This document shows, one piece after another, positions 21,193 to 29,293 of a DNA stretch of 64,000 nucleotides; position 1 is the first letter of the stretch; every line of letters starts with the position of its first letter. Origin of the DNA: Candidatus Gorgyraea atricola (GTDB taxonomy: Bacteria > Omnitrophota > Gorgyraeia > Gorgyraeales > Gorgyraeaceae). The notes beneath the pieces were generated by a model. It did no database searches, was not told the DNA's origin, and saw only the letters and a program-made list of their open reading frames with translations. The stretch is taken from NCBI GenBank assembly GCA_030765235.1, contig JAVCCW010000029.1:311666-375665 (forward strand), read 5' to 3'. Both the position numbers and the translations under genes were made by a program.

Positions 21193-23750
21193 AGTATAGT
21201 TTAATCAAAAATTTTGATAACTCAGTAGAGCAGTTTAAGGATAAGGTTGCTATTTTATCTGGTTCAACGTCACTGACTTATGCAGAGCTTGGCGAGAAGA
21301 TAAAAAATACCGCATGTTACATATCTTCATTAGGCATTGAAAAAGGTGACAGGGTTGCGATCATTCTTGATAATGGGCCAGAGTTTGCGAGCGTATTTTT
21401 TGCATTGGCTTATATAGGCGCGGTCGCGGTTCCTCTTGATCCAAGGATGACAGAGAAGGATGTAGCAAACATCATGTCTGACTCTGGCGCAAAGATCCTT
21501 CTTACAATTGATAAAATAAAAGAACTAGACCCACCGCAAGTTTTTGAGAAAGCCATAGTAGAACCAGACGACCTTATAGTGCTGCTTTACACCTCTGGCA
21601 CCACAGACCTTCCAAAAGGTGTAATGCTCACGCATAAGAATCTGTGCTCGAATTTTAATTCTTTGAGGAAGATGAAGATCTTTACGCCAAAGGATACGAT
21701 ATTATCAATTCTCCCGCTTTACCATTCCTATTCACTCATGACTACGCTTATCGCGCCTCTTTTTTCAGGTTCAAAGATCGTGTATGTCTCTAGTGACTGG
21801 CCAGAGAAATTAGCTGACTATATAAAGGAAGCTGGAACAACCGTATTTATAGGTGTACCGCAGATTTATCACATGATGCATTCGCGCATGATTAAAAAGC
21901 TTAGCAGTATAGAAGGCCTTAAGGGGCTATTTGTAAAATCAGTAATAGCTCTTGGCCTTACAAAGGTACTTTTGCCCAAGGTCAAAAACGCCTTTGGAAA
22001 AAGGCTTCGCTTTTTTATAAGCGGCGGCGCAAAGCTGGATGCTACAGTGGCAAGGGATTTTTTCAAGCTTGGCTTTAAGATATTGGAAGGCTATGGCCTG
22101 ACTGAAACTTCTCCTGTTGCAAGTATAAATCCAGTGAAAAGGCCAAAGATAGGGTCGATTGGCACGCCTGTTCCTGATGTAAGGATGAGGATCTTGAATC
22201 CAGATTCCAGCGGCGTAGGCGAGATCGTGATCCAGGGCCCAAATGTCATGAAAGGCTACTATAAGAATGAGGAAAAGACAAAAGAGGTGCTTAAGAATAA
22301 CTGGTTTTATTCAGGCGACCTGGGATACAAGAATAGAGATGGATATTTTTATATTACAGGCAGGTCTAAAGAGGTGATAGTACTTAGCTCAGGCAAGAAT
22401 ATCTATCCTGAGGAGATTGAAAAGCATTATTCGAATACGTCCTACATAAAAGAAATGTGTGTTATAGGCGTATTAAAGGGAAAAGGCAATAGTAAGCTTG
22501 AATATCTGCATGCGATTGTTGTACCAGACCTTGAGTTTTTTAAAGAGCGCGGCGAAATGAATGTGAATCAAGTGTTAAAGGCCACATTTGATAATCTCTC
22601 TAAAGACATACCTGGCTATAGGCATATCATGGGATTTACTGTGACAAAAGAGGCTCTGTCGCGTACTGTGCTGGGCAAGCTCAAGCGATATGAGATCGAG
22701 AAAAAATTCCTTCCTGTTATTTTAGAAGAGACAGAGGAAGAAAAAGCTGTGAGTCCAGAAGATCAGGCTTTGCTTCAATCTGATACAGCGAAAAGGCTAA
22801 TAGCGTGCATAAAGGATGCGCTTGAGATAAAAGGGGATGCGCATCTTAATGACAGTATTGAGCTTGATCTGGGAGTGGATTCACTTACCAGGGTAGAGCT
22901 TGTTCTGGCTGTTGAGAAGTGTTTTAACATAGAGATATCGGATGAGATGATCGCGGCGGGGATATTTACGGTTAAGGATATTCTTACGAAAGTTGAAGAA
23001 CTCTTGGCAAGTGACAAGCGACAAGTGACAAGCGACAAGGGCGTGGAAAGAGCTATTCACTGGGCTGGGATTTTGAAGCAGGAATTGGCAAAGGATTTTC
23101 AGGACAAGATATCGTTGGAGTTGAGCTGGATAGATTATGTGTTTACTTTTATAATTAAAGGGTGCGTTGGTTTATTTTTCAGGATTTTTTATAGGCTCAA
23201 GGTAGAAGGCGCGGAAAAGATACCTAAGAAAGGGCCTTATGTTTTATGTGTGAATCATACTAGTTTCCTGGACGGGTTTATTGTACTATCTGGTGTGCCG
23301 CTTAGGACAGAACTTGAGTTATTCTTTATTGGATTCAGGAGATATTTTATAGTGCCTATCATAAGGAATCTTGTAAGGCGCTCAAGGATCATTCCTGTAG
23401 ATGCCACGCAGATCATAGAGGCAATGCAAGGCTCTGCGTATATCCTGAAGCACAATAAGGCCCTCTGTATATTCCCTGAGGGAGAGCGTTCTATTGACGG
23501 CGAGGTAAAGGAATTCAAGAAAGGTATTGGCATAATTGCAAAAGAACTAAATGCGCCACTTGTACCGGTTTATATCAATGGCGCTTTCAAAGCCTGGCCC
23601 AGGACACAGAAATTTCCAAAACTACACCCTATTAGCATAAAATTTGGCAGTCCTGTTGCACCTGATGTGTTAGCCAAGAAAGGCGACGCAAAAGACGAAC
23701 ACGAAGCAATTGCTGCAGGTATAAGAGGAGAGGTAATTAACCTTGGGTAA
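21186..23750 (+). CDS. AMP-binding acyl-activating enzyme + acyl carrier + PlsC acyltransferase fusion
   Basis: YTSGTT..PKG, EGYGLTE, SGDLG; carrier motif DLGVDSL; PlsC motifs NHTSFLD and FPEG. Confidence 0.93.
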   Translation: MVEYSLIKNFDNSVEQFKDKVAILSGSTSLTYAELGEKIKNTACYISSLGIEKGDRVAIILDNGPEFASVFFALAYIGAVAVPLDPRMTEKDVANIMSDSGAKILLTIDKIKELDPPQVFEKAIVEPDDLIVLLYTSGTTDLPKGVMLTHKNLCSNFNSLRKMKIFTPKDTILSILPLYHSYSLMTTLIAPLFSGSKIVYVSSDWPEKLADYIKEAGTTVFIGVPQIYHMMHSRMIKKLSSIEGLKGLFVKSVIALGLTKVLLPKVKNAFGKRLRFFISGGAKLDATVARDFFKLGFKILEGYGLTETSPVASINPVKRPKIGSIGTPVPDVRMRILNPDSSGVGEIVIQGPNVMKGYYKNEEKTKEVLKNNWFYSGDLGYKNRDGYFYITGRSKEVIVLSSGKNIYPEEIEKHYSNTSYIKEMCVIGVLKGKGNSKLEYLHAIVVPDLEFFKERGEMNVNQVLKATFDNLSKDIPGYRHIMGFTVTKEALSRTVLGKLKRYEIEKKFLPVILEETEEEKAVSPEDQALLQSDTAKRLIACIKDALEIKGDAHLNDSIELDLGVDSLTRVELVLAVEKCFNIEISDEMIAAGIFTVKDILTKVEELLASDKRQVTSDKGVERAIHWAGILKQELAKDFQDKISLELSWIDYVFTFIIKGCVGLFFRIFYRLKVEGAEKIPKKGPYVLCVNHTSFLDGFIVLSGVPLRTELELFFIGFRRYFIVPIIRNLVRRSRIIPVDATQIIEAMQGSAYILKHNKALCIFPEGERSIDGEVKEFKKGIGIIAKELNAPLVPVYINGAFKAWPRTQKFPKLHPISIKFGSPVAPDVLAKKGDAKDEHEAIAAGIRGEVINLG
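23010..23040 (+). repeat. (AG[T/C]GACA)x4 in the carrier-PlsC linker
   Basis: AGTGACA AGCGACA AGTGACA AGCGACA AGG, translated SDKRQVTSDK. Confidence 0.88.
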
Positions 23751-23795
23751 CTTCGTAAGTTGTCCATTTGGACAACTTACGAAGTTACCCAAGGT
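23740..23795. repeat. 27-bp-arm perfect inverted repeat (REP-like)
   Basis: ACCTTGGGTAACTTCGTAAGTTGTCCA-TT-TGGACAACTTACGAAGTTACCCAAGGT; contains the upstream gene's stop codon. Confidence 0.9.
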
Positions 23796-23811
23796 AGAAC
23801 AGGGGGATTGT

Positions 23812-24084
23812 ATGAGCAAAGTAACAGTTAAAAAGCCCACCAAGGAAGAGCTGCAGAAGTTAGGCGTGGACAAATGGCCTACATGGACGAGTGAGGTAAA
23901 GAAATTTGACTGGGAATATAGCGACAACGAGACATTTTATGTGCACGAAGGCAAGGTAAAGGTAATCATAACTGACGGCCAGGAAGTCGAATTCGGCAAA
24001 GGCGACCTCGTAACATTCCCCAAAGGCGTAAAATGCACATGGGACGTAAAAGAATCTATCCGTAAGGTCTATAATTTCGGATAA
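23812..24084 (+). CDS. Cupin domain protein (DUF861/cupin_3-like)
   Basis: WPTW, FDWEY..ETFYVHEG, GDLVTFPKG..CTW; ATG 23812 after GGGGG. Confidence 0.88.
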   Translation: MSKVTVKKPTKEELQKLGVDKWPTWTSEVKKFDWEYSDNETFYVHEGKVKVIITDGQEVEFGKGDLVTFPKGVKCTWDVKESIRKVYNFG

Positions 24085-24087
24085 GTT

Positions 24088-24191
24088 AACCCCATTCCAA
24101 ATTCTGAGTGACGCGTAATTTATTTTTTGGAACTACTTGCGTGCAATTCTTAAAGATTATTTGATGATCTTTAAGAATTTGGAACGGGGTT
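24088..24191. mobile_element. ~100-bp MITE-like element with CCCC(G/A)TTCCAAATTCT inverted ends, copy 1
   Basis: 18-bp terminal IR with 1 mismatch; interior homologous, in inverted orientation, to 47740-47840. Confidence 0.8.
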
Positions 24192-24203
24192 CAATTCGTA
24201 CAG

Positions 24204-24238
24204 TGAGTTACGAAAATCAGAGATTTCCGTAACTCAGG
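24204..24238 (-). repeat. CCTG-footed hairpin with ACGAAAATC..GATTT core
   Basis: TGAGTTACG...CGTAACTCA stem followed by GG; core resembles the leuC insert. Confidence 0.75.
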
Positions 24239-24247
24239 TGCTCATTG

Positions 24248-24301
24248 AAATGCACCTGGGATGTAAAGCAACCCATCCGCAAAGTCTATAACTTTGGATA
24301 A
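24248..24301 (+). pseudogene. Diverged duplicate of the last 18 codons of the cupin gene
   Basis: KCTWDVKQPIRKVYNFG* versus KCTWDVKESIRKVYNFG* (24031-24084); 44/54 nt identical. Confidence 0.9.
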
Positions 24302-24346
24302 CTTTACATTTTAGGTCTTGCTTTAAATGTAAAGTTATGTTATAAT
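24298..24346 (+). promoter_or_regulatory. Promoter of the LRP-motif genes overlapped by a 14-bp-arm palindrome
   Basis: TTGCTT-17 nt-TATAAT; arms ATAACTTTACATTT / AAATGTAAAGTTAT. Confidence 0.68.
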
Positions 24347-24402
24347 CTTTTTGAGTGCAAGGAGATATGGCCATGGAAGCATGGTCATATTGTGTCTGGG
24401 TT

Positions 24403-25605
24403 ATGATGGGAATTAGAAAAGTTTATTATATAGCAGTAATATTGATGCTAATACTAATGTTAACATCAGGTGATGCGGTCTGTCTAGGCTCCCTCAGGCC
24501 ATACATGCAGCTTGAAAAAGGTAAGAACAAAGAAATTAATCTAGATAAAGTTTCTTTGAGCGAGACAGAAGAGGTCGTTGAGGAATTTGACAATTTAGTT
24601 AGACTTAATATGAACTTTGAACCGGATAATGAAAAGCAGGATTATGGCAGCAAACCTCGATCAATGTTAATTCAACTTGTCAATGATTGGAGGAATTGGG
24701 AGTCAAATGAGAGACGTATTTTGGATTTATCATGTCATTTGTTGGGGATAGAAAATATTTTAGAATTCAAAACTATCAGACCCATTAAACCCATTATCCT
24801 TGCCGGTGGAAGAGGGTCAAGAGCAAATAATAAAGCCAAAGTTTTAGAGAGAGTCGACGGAAAGTCGACCATAATGCATATTTTAAATAATATTTTAATC
24901 CTAAAAAAGAGCAACCTGGGATTTCAGATCGAAATAGAGAAACCTCTAATTGTGGTTAACTATGAAAATGCAGAGTTAATAGCAAATGCTTTAAAGGGTT
25001 ATGAAGTTGAATATTTTATAGAAGAGAAGCCACTTGGCACAGGTAAAGGCGTATTAGAGACAGAAGAGCTTACGAGAGATTTTAAAGGCGATGTCTTAGT
25101 TTATTTAGGTGCCAGACCATGTGTATATACACCTAGTATTTTAAAGAGCATTCTTATACATCAGGCTATAGAATTTTCTTCCATGACGCTTATCACAACT
25201 GTAGTAAAAAAACCTTATGCACCGCTTGTAAGGGATCCAGAAAATAGTTTTGTGATTGATAGTGTAGAGACACACTTGGAAAAAGCGAAAGCACCTCCTA
25301 TAGGCGAGAGCAATATAGGTGTTTATCTTGTAAGGAAGCAGGATCTATATTGGCCGTTACATGAAGCACATAATGAATTATATAATGCTGCTGATAATAC
25401 TTACAAGTGGCCGGGAGAGCTAGGATTTGTCAATCAGATGGTACGCAGGTTAGCTGCAGAAGATAGACTAGTAATCAGTTTACCCTTGGCTAATACTGAA
25501 GAGGGGTCCGGTATTAGATTCGCAGGTGATAGTCATGCAATGCACATATCAAGAGAACATTTATTAACATCCATTAAAAGCATTGCTCCGCGGTATGGAT
25601 TATAG
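24403..25605 (+). CDS. Signal peptide + LRP motif protein carrying a GlmU-like nucleotidyltransferase domain
   Basis: IILAGGRGSR..K, LGTG, ESNIGVY motifs; no hexapeptide acetyltransferase domain; start set by alignment with the next gene. Confidence 0.82.
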   Translation: MMGIRKVYYIAVILMLILMLTSGDAVCLGSLRPYMQLEKGKNKEINLDKVSLSETEEVVEEFDNLVRLNMNFEPDNEKQDYGSKPRSMLIQLVNDWRNWESNERRILDLSCHLLGIENILEFKTIRPIKPIILAGGRGSRANNKAKVLERVDGKSTIMHILNNILILKKSNLGFQIEIEKPLIVVNYENAELIANALKGYEVEYFIEEKPLGTGKGVLETEELTRDFKGDVLVYLGARPCVYTPSILKSILIHQAIEFSSMTLITTVVKKPYAPLVRDPENSFVIDSVETHLEKAKAPPIGESNIGVYLVRKQDLYWPLHEAHNELYNAADNTYKWPGELGFVNQMVRRLAAEDRLVISLPLANTEEGSGIRFAGDSHAMHISREHLLTSIKSIAPRYGL

Positions 25606-25625
25606 AAAAACCTGGGAGCCATTTT

Positions 25626-27185
25626 ATGATAACTATTAGAAAAGTTTATTATATAGGACTAATATTTACGCTAATAGCAATGTTAGCGGCAGGTGATGTG
25701 GTCTGCGCCCAAGACCTGCTCAGGCCGTATATGCAGCTTGAAGCAAAAACAAAGAAGCCCAACAGGCGGCAGAGGATTTTGGGGGAGAATGAGAAAGAGG
25801 TTGAGTATTTAGGGAAGATAGCAACTGCAGCTAGTAGGGGTGAAAATGCGCTGGAGGGAAAAGCAAGGATGTTGTTTGAGAGATTGACTGAAGATCCTGA
25901 GTCTGATTTGCTGGATACAGTAGAATTCGATAAAAGATTTATTACTTGGTTTTATGCTGTATTTAATCCTTATGAGCCAACAAAAGTGGCAAAGGAATAT
26001 TTAGAAAAATATCCCGGCATATTTAATCAGAGTTACGATAATGATGTCGCCAAGATAAAAAGTTTATTTAAAAGAATATTTCATGCTGCAGCATTAAAGG
26101 AATTAGACTTGTCAAAGAAAAATATCAAAGAATTAGAGCAATATATGATTCTACATAGTGATTCTCTGTCAATGAGAGGTGAAAAAATAGAGAAAATGTC
26201 CAAGTTGCTTAAAACAGGCAAGCCTAAATCCCATAAAGAGATTTTTTATAAATATTGTAGTATCATTTATCGTTTTTATGAAGAGACCTGTACATGGAAT
26301 AAGGAGATTTCAGGGCCAGCTGATTTTGATCGATATGGTGATGAATATGGATTAAATGGAGGATTGCCGTACCTTGCTTTTATGGAAAGATATAGAAAAG
26401 AGCATAATTTAATGGAGATTCATCGCTGGCTAGAAATTGGCAAAGCAAGATATTGTATACTTAATAATAATATTCCCATGGTAATTGAAATATTTGAAAG
26501 ACTATCTGAGGCTTGTGAGTACGATGTCAATTCCCCTATCCGCCAGACGCTTTTGTGGACGTATAAAAACGGCCTGCCTGGCCTTGGCCAGATAGTGGAA
26601 GAGCTGGGTATGGATGGGATTTGTGTTGAGGAAATAGGTATGCTTATGGAGCAGCTTTCGGATTTTTTAGATAATAAGGAAGAACTGGTTGATATGCCAG
26701 AACCCATATATGATGTATTAATAAAGGGACACTTAGGCAGACTAATAGAAGTAGAGAGTTTGAATGTCGTAGGTATTACAGCATTAAAGCAGACAAAAAA
26801 TCACCTTAAAAGTGTTATTATGGATGAATACTTGACTGAAAAGGAAAAGCTTTCTATTATTAATGACTGGATTTCTGGCCTAAAGATAGCTTTTAGAGAC
26901 TATAGAAATATAGTAAAAGTATTTTTAAACACGAATGTGCTTTTAAAATGGGCAAAGTTATTGGCAGAAAGCAAAAACGAAGATAAAAATAAAACCGCTC
27001 AAATGCTTAAAGATGAAGATTTCAGGAATAGGTTTATGCGGATTATGAGTGAATATCTACAACTGGTTAATCACGTACAGCAAAGTTTTAATGAAATCAT
27101 CCCCTATTTCCAAATGCGCTTGGAGATGGAGCAAGGGGTGGGGGAGGTTTTGGAGTCTAATGGGGCTGTGGAGGTGGCGATTTAA
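25626..27185 (+). CDS. Signal peptide + LRP motif hypothetical protein (probably helical cargo)
   Basis: 519-aa ORF whose first ~39 aa are paralogous to the preceding gene; no motif recognised in the remainder. Confidence 0.82.
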   Translation: MITIRKVYYIGLIFTLIAMLAAGDVVCAQDLLRPYMQLEAKTKKPNRRQRILGENEKEVEYLGKIATAASRGENALEGKARMLFERLTEDPESDLLDTVEFDKRFITWFYAVFNPYEPTKVAKEYLEKYPGIFNQSYDNDVAKIKSLFKRIFHAAALKELDLSKKNIKELEQYMILHSDSLSMRGEKIEKMSKLLKTGKPKSHKEIFYKYCSIIYRFYEETCTWNKEISGPADFDRYGDEYGLNGGLPYLAFMERYRKEHNLMEIHRWLEIGKARYCILNNNIPMVIEIFERLSEACEYDVNSPIRQTLLWTYKNGLPGLGQIVEELGMDGICVEEIGMLMEQLSDFLDNKEELVDMPEPIYDVLIKGHLGRLIEVESLNVVGITALKQTKNHLKSVIMDEYLTEKEKLSIINDWISGLKIAFRDYRNIVKVFLNTNVLLKWAKLLAESKNEDKNKTAQMLKDEDFRNRFMRIMSEYLQLVNHVQQSFNEIIPYFQMRLEMEQGVGEVLESNGAVEVAI

Positions 27186-27189
27186 GATA

Positions 27190-27213
27190 GGTCCCCGCTT
27201 TCGCGGGGATGAC
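27190..27213 (-). repeat. GTCATCCCCGCGAAAGCGGGGACC hairpin repeat
   Basis: TCCCCGC-TTTC-GCGGGGA stem followed by TGAC; resembles GTCATTCCCGCG...GCGGGAATC interspersed repeats (Neisseria dRS3-like). Confidence 0.75.
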
Positions 27214-27276
27214 AACTGGTTAACTTTACACTTTTGTGACACACAGAAAAGTGTCAAGTTAAGTCGAATATTTCGC

Positions 27277-27304
27277 TTGACAGAGGTGGGTTTTATGGTA
27301 TAAT
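27277..27304 (+). promoter_or_regulatory. Sigma70 promoter of rplM-rpsI
   Basis: TTGACA-16 nt-TATAAT with extended TG. Confidence 0.8.
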
Positions 27305-27329
27305 TCAAGTTTCTAAATAAAGGTGGATT

Positions 27330-27764
27330 ATGGATACGGTTATGTTAAATAAGAAGGATGTTGTGAGAAAGTGGTATGTTATCGACGCTAATGGTAAGAT
27401 TCTGGGTAGATTAGCTGTTGAGATAGCGCTTATTTTGAGCGGCAAGCGCAAGAATAACTATACACCGCATGTGGATAATGGTGACTTTGTGGTTGTGCTG
27501 AACGCGGGCAAGGTAGCTGTTACAGGCGCTAAGCTTGAGAACAAGACATATAAGCGTTACTCAGGATATCCGAGCGGTCTAAAGATAAAGAACTTAGAGA
27601 CAGTTTTAAGGACAAAGCCTACTGAGGCATTGCATCATGCAGTAAAGGGTATGTTACCTAAGAATAAGCTGGGCTCAAGGATGATCACAAGGCTCAAGCT
27701 TTACGCAGGTTCAGAGCACGAACATCAGGCTCAGAATCCTGAGAAGTTAGAGATAAAAGGATAA
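27330..27764 (+). CDS. rplM: 50S ribosomal protein L13
   Basis: [29 protein letters not shown]. Confidence 0.98.
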   Translation: MDTVMLNKKDVVRKWYVIDANGKILGRLAVEIALILSGKRKNNYTPHVDNGDFVVVLNAGKVAVTGAKLENKTYKRYSGYPSGLKIKNLETVLRTKPTEALHHAVKGMLPKNKLGSRMITRLKLYAGSEHEHQAQNPEKLEIKG

Positions 27765-27767
27765 ATC

Positions 27768-28163
27768 ATGGTAGAGCAGAACATAATCTGGGCAACTGGG
27801 AGGCGGAAGTCATCTGTGGCTCGCGTGCGGCTTATGCCGGGAAATGGCGAGGTACAGGTCAATAAAAAGCCTCTCGATAAATATTTTGAAAGACCTACAT
27901 CTATACTGGTTGTAATGCAGCCGCTAAAGTCCACTAACCTGTTTGATAAGTTCAATGTGATCGCAAGTGTTAAGGGTGGTGGAAAGTCAGGTCAGGCAGG
28001 AGCTTTAAGGCATGGCATAGCAAGGGCCTTGGCTAAAACAGGTGATGATACAAAGGTCTTATTAAGGAGAAAGGGTTATTTGACCAGGGATCCTCGGGCA
28101 AAGGAACGCAAGAAGTACGGACAAAAAGGCGCCCGAAAGAGATTCCAGTGGACAAAGCGATAA
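27768..28163 (+). CDS. rpsI: 30S ribosomal protein S9
   Basis: ATGRRKSSVARV, GGGKSGQAGA, LTRDPR.KERKK. Confidence 0.98.
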   Translation: MVEQNIIWATGRRKSSVARVRLMPGNGEVQVNKKPLDKYFERPTSILVVMQPLKSTNLFDKFNVIASVKGGGKSGQAGALRHGIARALAKTGDDTKVLLRRKGYLTRDPRAKERKKYGQKGARKRFQWTKR

Positions 28164-28187
28164 AGATATAAAACTATAATTTTCCAT

Positions 28188-28253
28188 AAAAGCCTATCTT
28201 GCTTTTTCCGACGAGGAAATCAATTGACAAGATAGGCTTTTTTATTTTATAAT
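28188..28253 (+). promoter_or_regulatory. rpsI terminator-like hairpin overlapping the argC promoter
   Basis: AAAAGCCTATCTTG...CAAGATAGGCTTTTTT; TTGACA (28224)-18 nt-TATAAT (28248). Confidence 0.7.
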
Positions 28254-28279
28254 CGTCTATAACACAGACGGAGGACAAT

Positions 28280-29293
28280 ATGTTAAAAATAGGAATAATG
28301 GGAGCGAGCGGTTATGCTGGTGAAGAACTTTTAAGGATTTTATTAAATCATCCTGAAGCCCGGATCACAGCAGTTGCTGCTAAGATAGATACTGTACCAA
28401 TATATAAGCTATATCCATGGCTAAAGGGTGTGCTTGACCTGGAGTGCGGAGACATGAGCGCAGACGAAGTCGCTAAGAAATGCGATGTAGTTTTCTTAGC
28501 GCTTCCGCACAAGGTCTCTATGCAGTTCGCGCCGATATTTTTGAAAAAAGGCAAGAAGGTCATAGACCTGAGCGCTGATTTTAGGTTAAGGGATGTAGGC
28601 GTATACGAGAAGTGGTATGTTAAGCACGAATGCCCTGACTATGTTAAGAAGGCAGTTTATGGGCTTTGCGAATTTTATAGAGATGAGATCAAGAAGGCAG
28701 AGCTGATCGCAAATCCAGGGTGCTATCCAACGAGCATTATCTTTGGCTGCGCTCCACTTTTAAAGAAAAAAATAGTGGATATAGATTCCATTGTATGCAA
28801 TTCAGTTTCAGGTGTGAGTGGCGCAGGCAGGGTCCCAAGTCAGGCGCTTATGTTTACAGAGCTACAAAATAGTTTTAGGGCATATAAGCCAAATAGCCAC
28901 AGACACATGCCTGAGATAGATCAGGAGCTGAGCGAGATCAGTGGCGCTAAGATAGCAGTGAATTTTGTGCCGCATCTTGTGCCAATGGAAAGAGGCATAC
29001 TCTCTACGATCTACCTGAGGCTAAAAAAGAACATAACTACAAAAGAGACTGTGAAGCTGTATAAGGATTTCTATAAAGGTGAGTATTTTATAAGGGTTAT
29101 GGACGAGGGAGTATTGCCTGATACAAAGAATGTAGCGAGATTAAATTTCTGCGACATAGGTGTGCAGGCGTTTCCTGAGAAAAAGACAATAGTAGTTACA
29201 ACTGCTATTGACAATCTTGTAAAGGGCGCAAGCGGCCAGGCAGTACAGAACATGAATATCATGTATGGGTTCGAGGAGAAGATGGGATTATGA
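28280..29293 (+). CDS. argC: N-acetyl-gamma-glutamyl-phosphate reductase
   Basis: GASGYAG, IDLSADFRL, IANPGCYPT, DNLVKGASGQAVQN. Confidence 0.97.
   Translation: MLKIGIMGASGYAGEELLRILLNHPEARITAVAAKIDTVPIYKLYPWLKGVLDLECGDMSADEVAKKCDVVFLALPHKVSMQFAPIFLKKGKKVIDLSADFRLRDVGVYEKWYVKHECPDYVKKAVYGLCEFYRDEIKKAELIANPGCYPTSIIFGCAPLLKKKIVDIDSIVCNSVSGVSGAGRVPSQALMFTELQNSFRAYKPNSHRHMPEIDQELSEISGAKIAVNFVPHLVPMERGILSTIYLRLKKNITTKETVKLYKDFYKGEYFIRVMDEGVLPDTKNVARLNFCDIGVQAFPEKKTIVVTTAIDNLVKGASGQAVQNMNIMYGFEEKMGL

Noticed and set aside
24186-24200. tRNA T-arm-like GGGGTTCAATTCG
   Set aside because: It is the end of the MITE-like element, and no cloverleaf can be formed.
24031-24301. Diversity-generating retroelement template/variable repeat pair
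   Set aside because: Mismatches are not adenine-specific and are mostly synonymous, and there is no reverse transcriptase in the window.
24403-25605. Housekeeping glmU
   Set aside because: It lacks the hexapeptide-repeat acetyltransferase domain, has a signal peptide and lies in an island, so no gene symbol was assigned.
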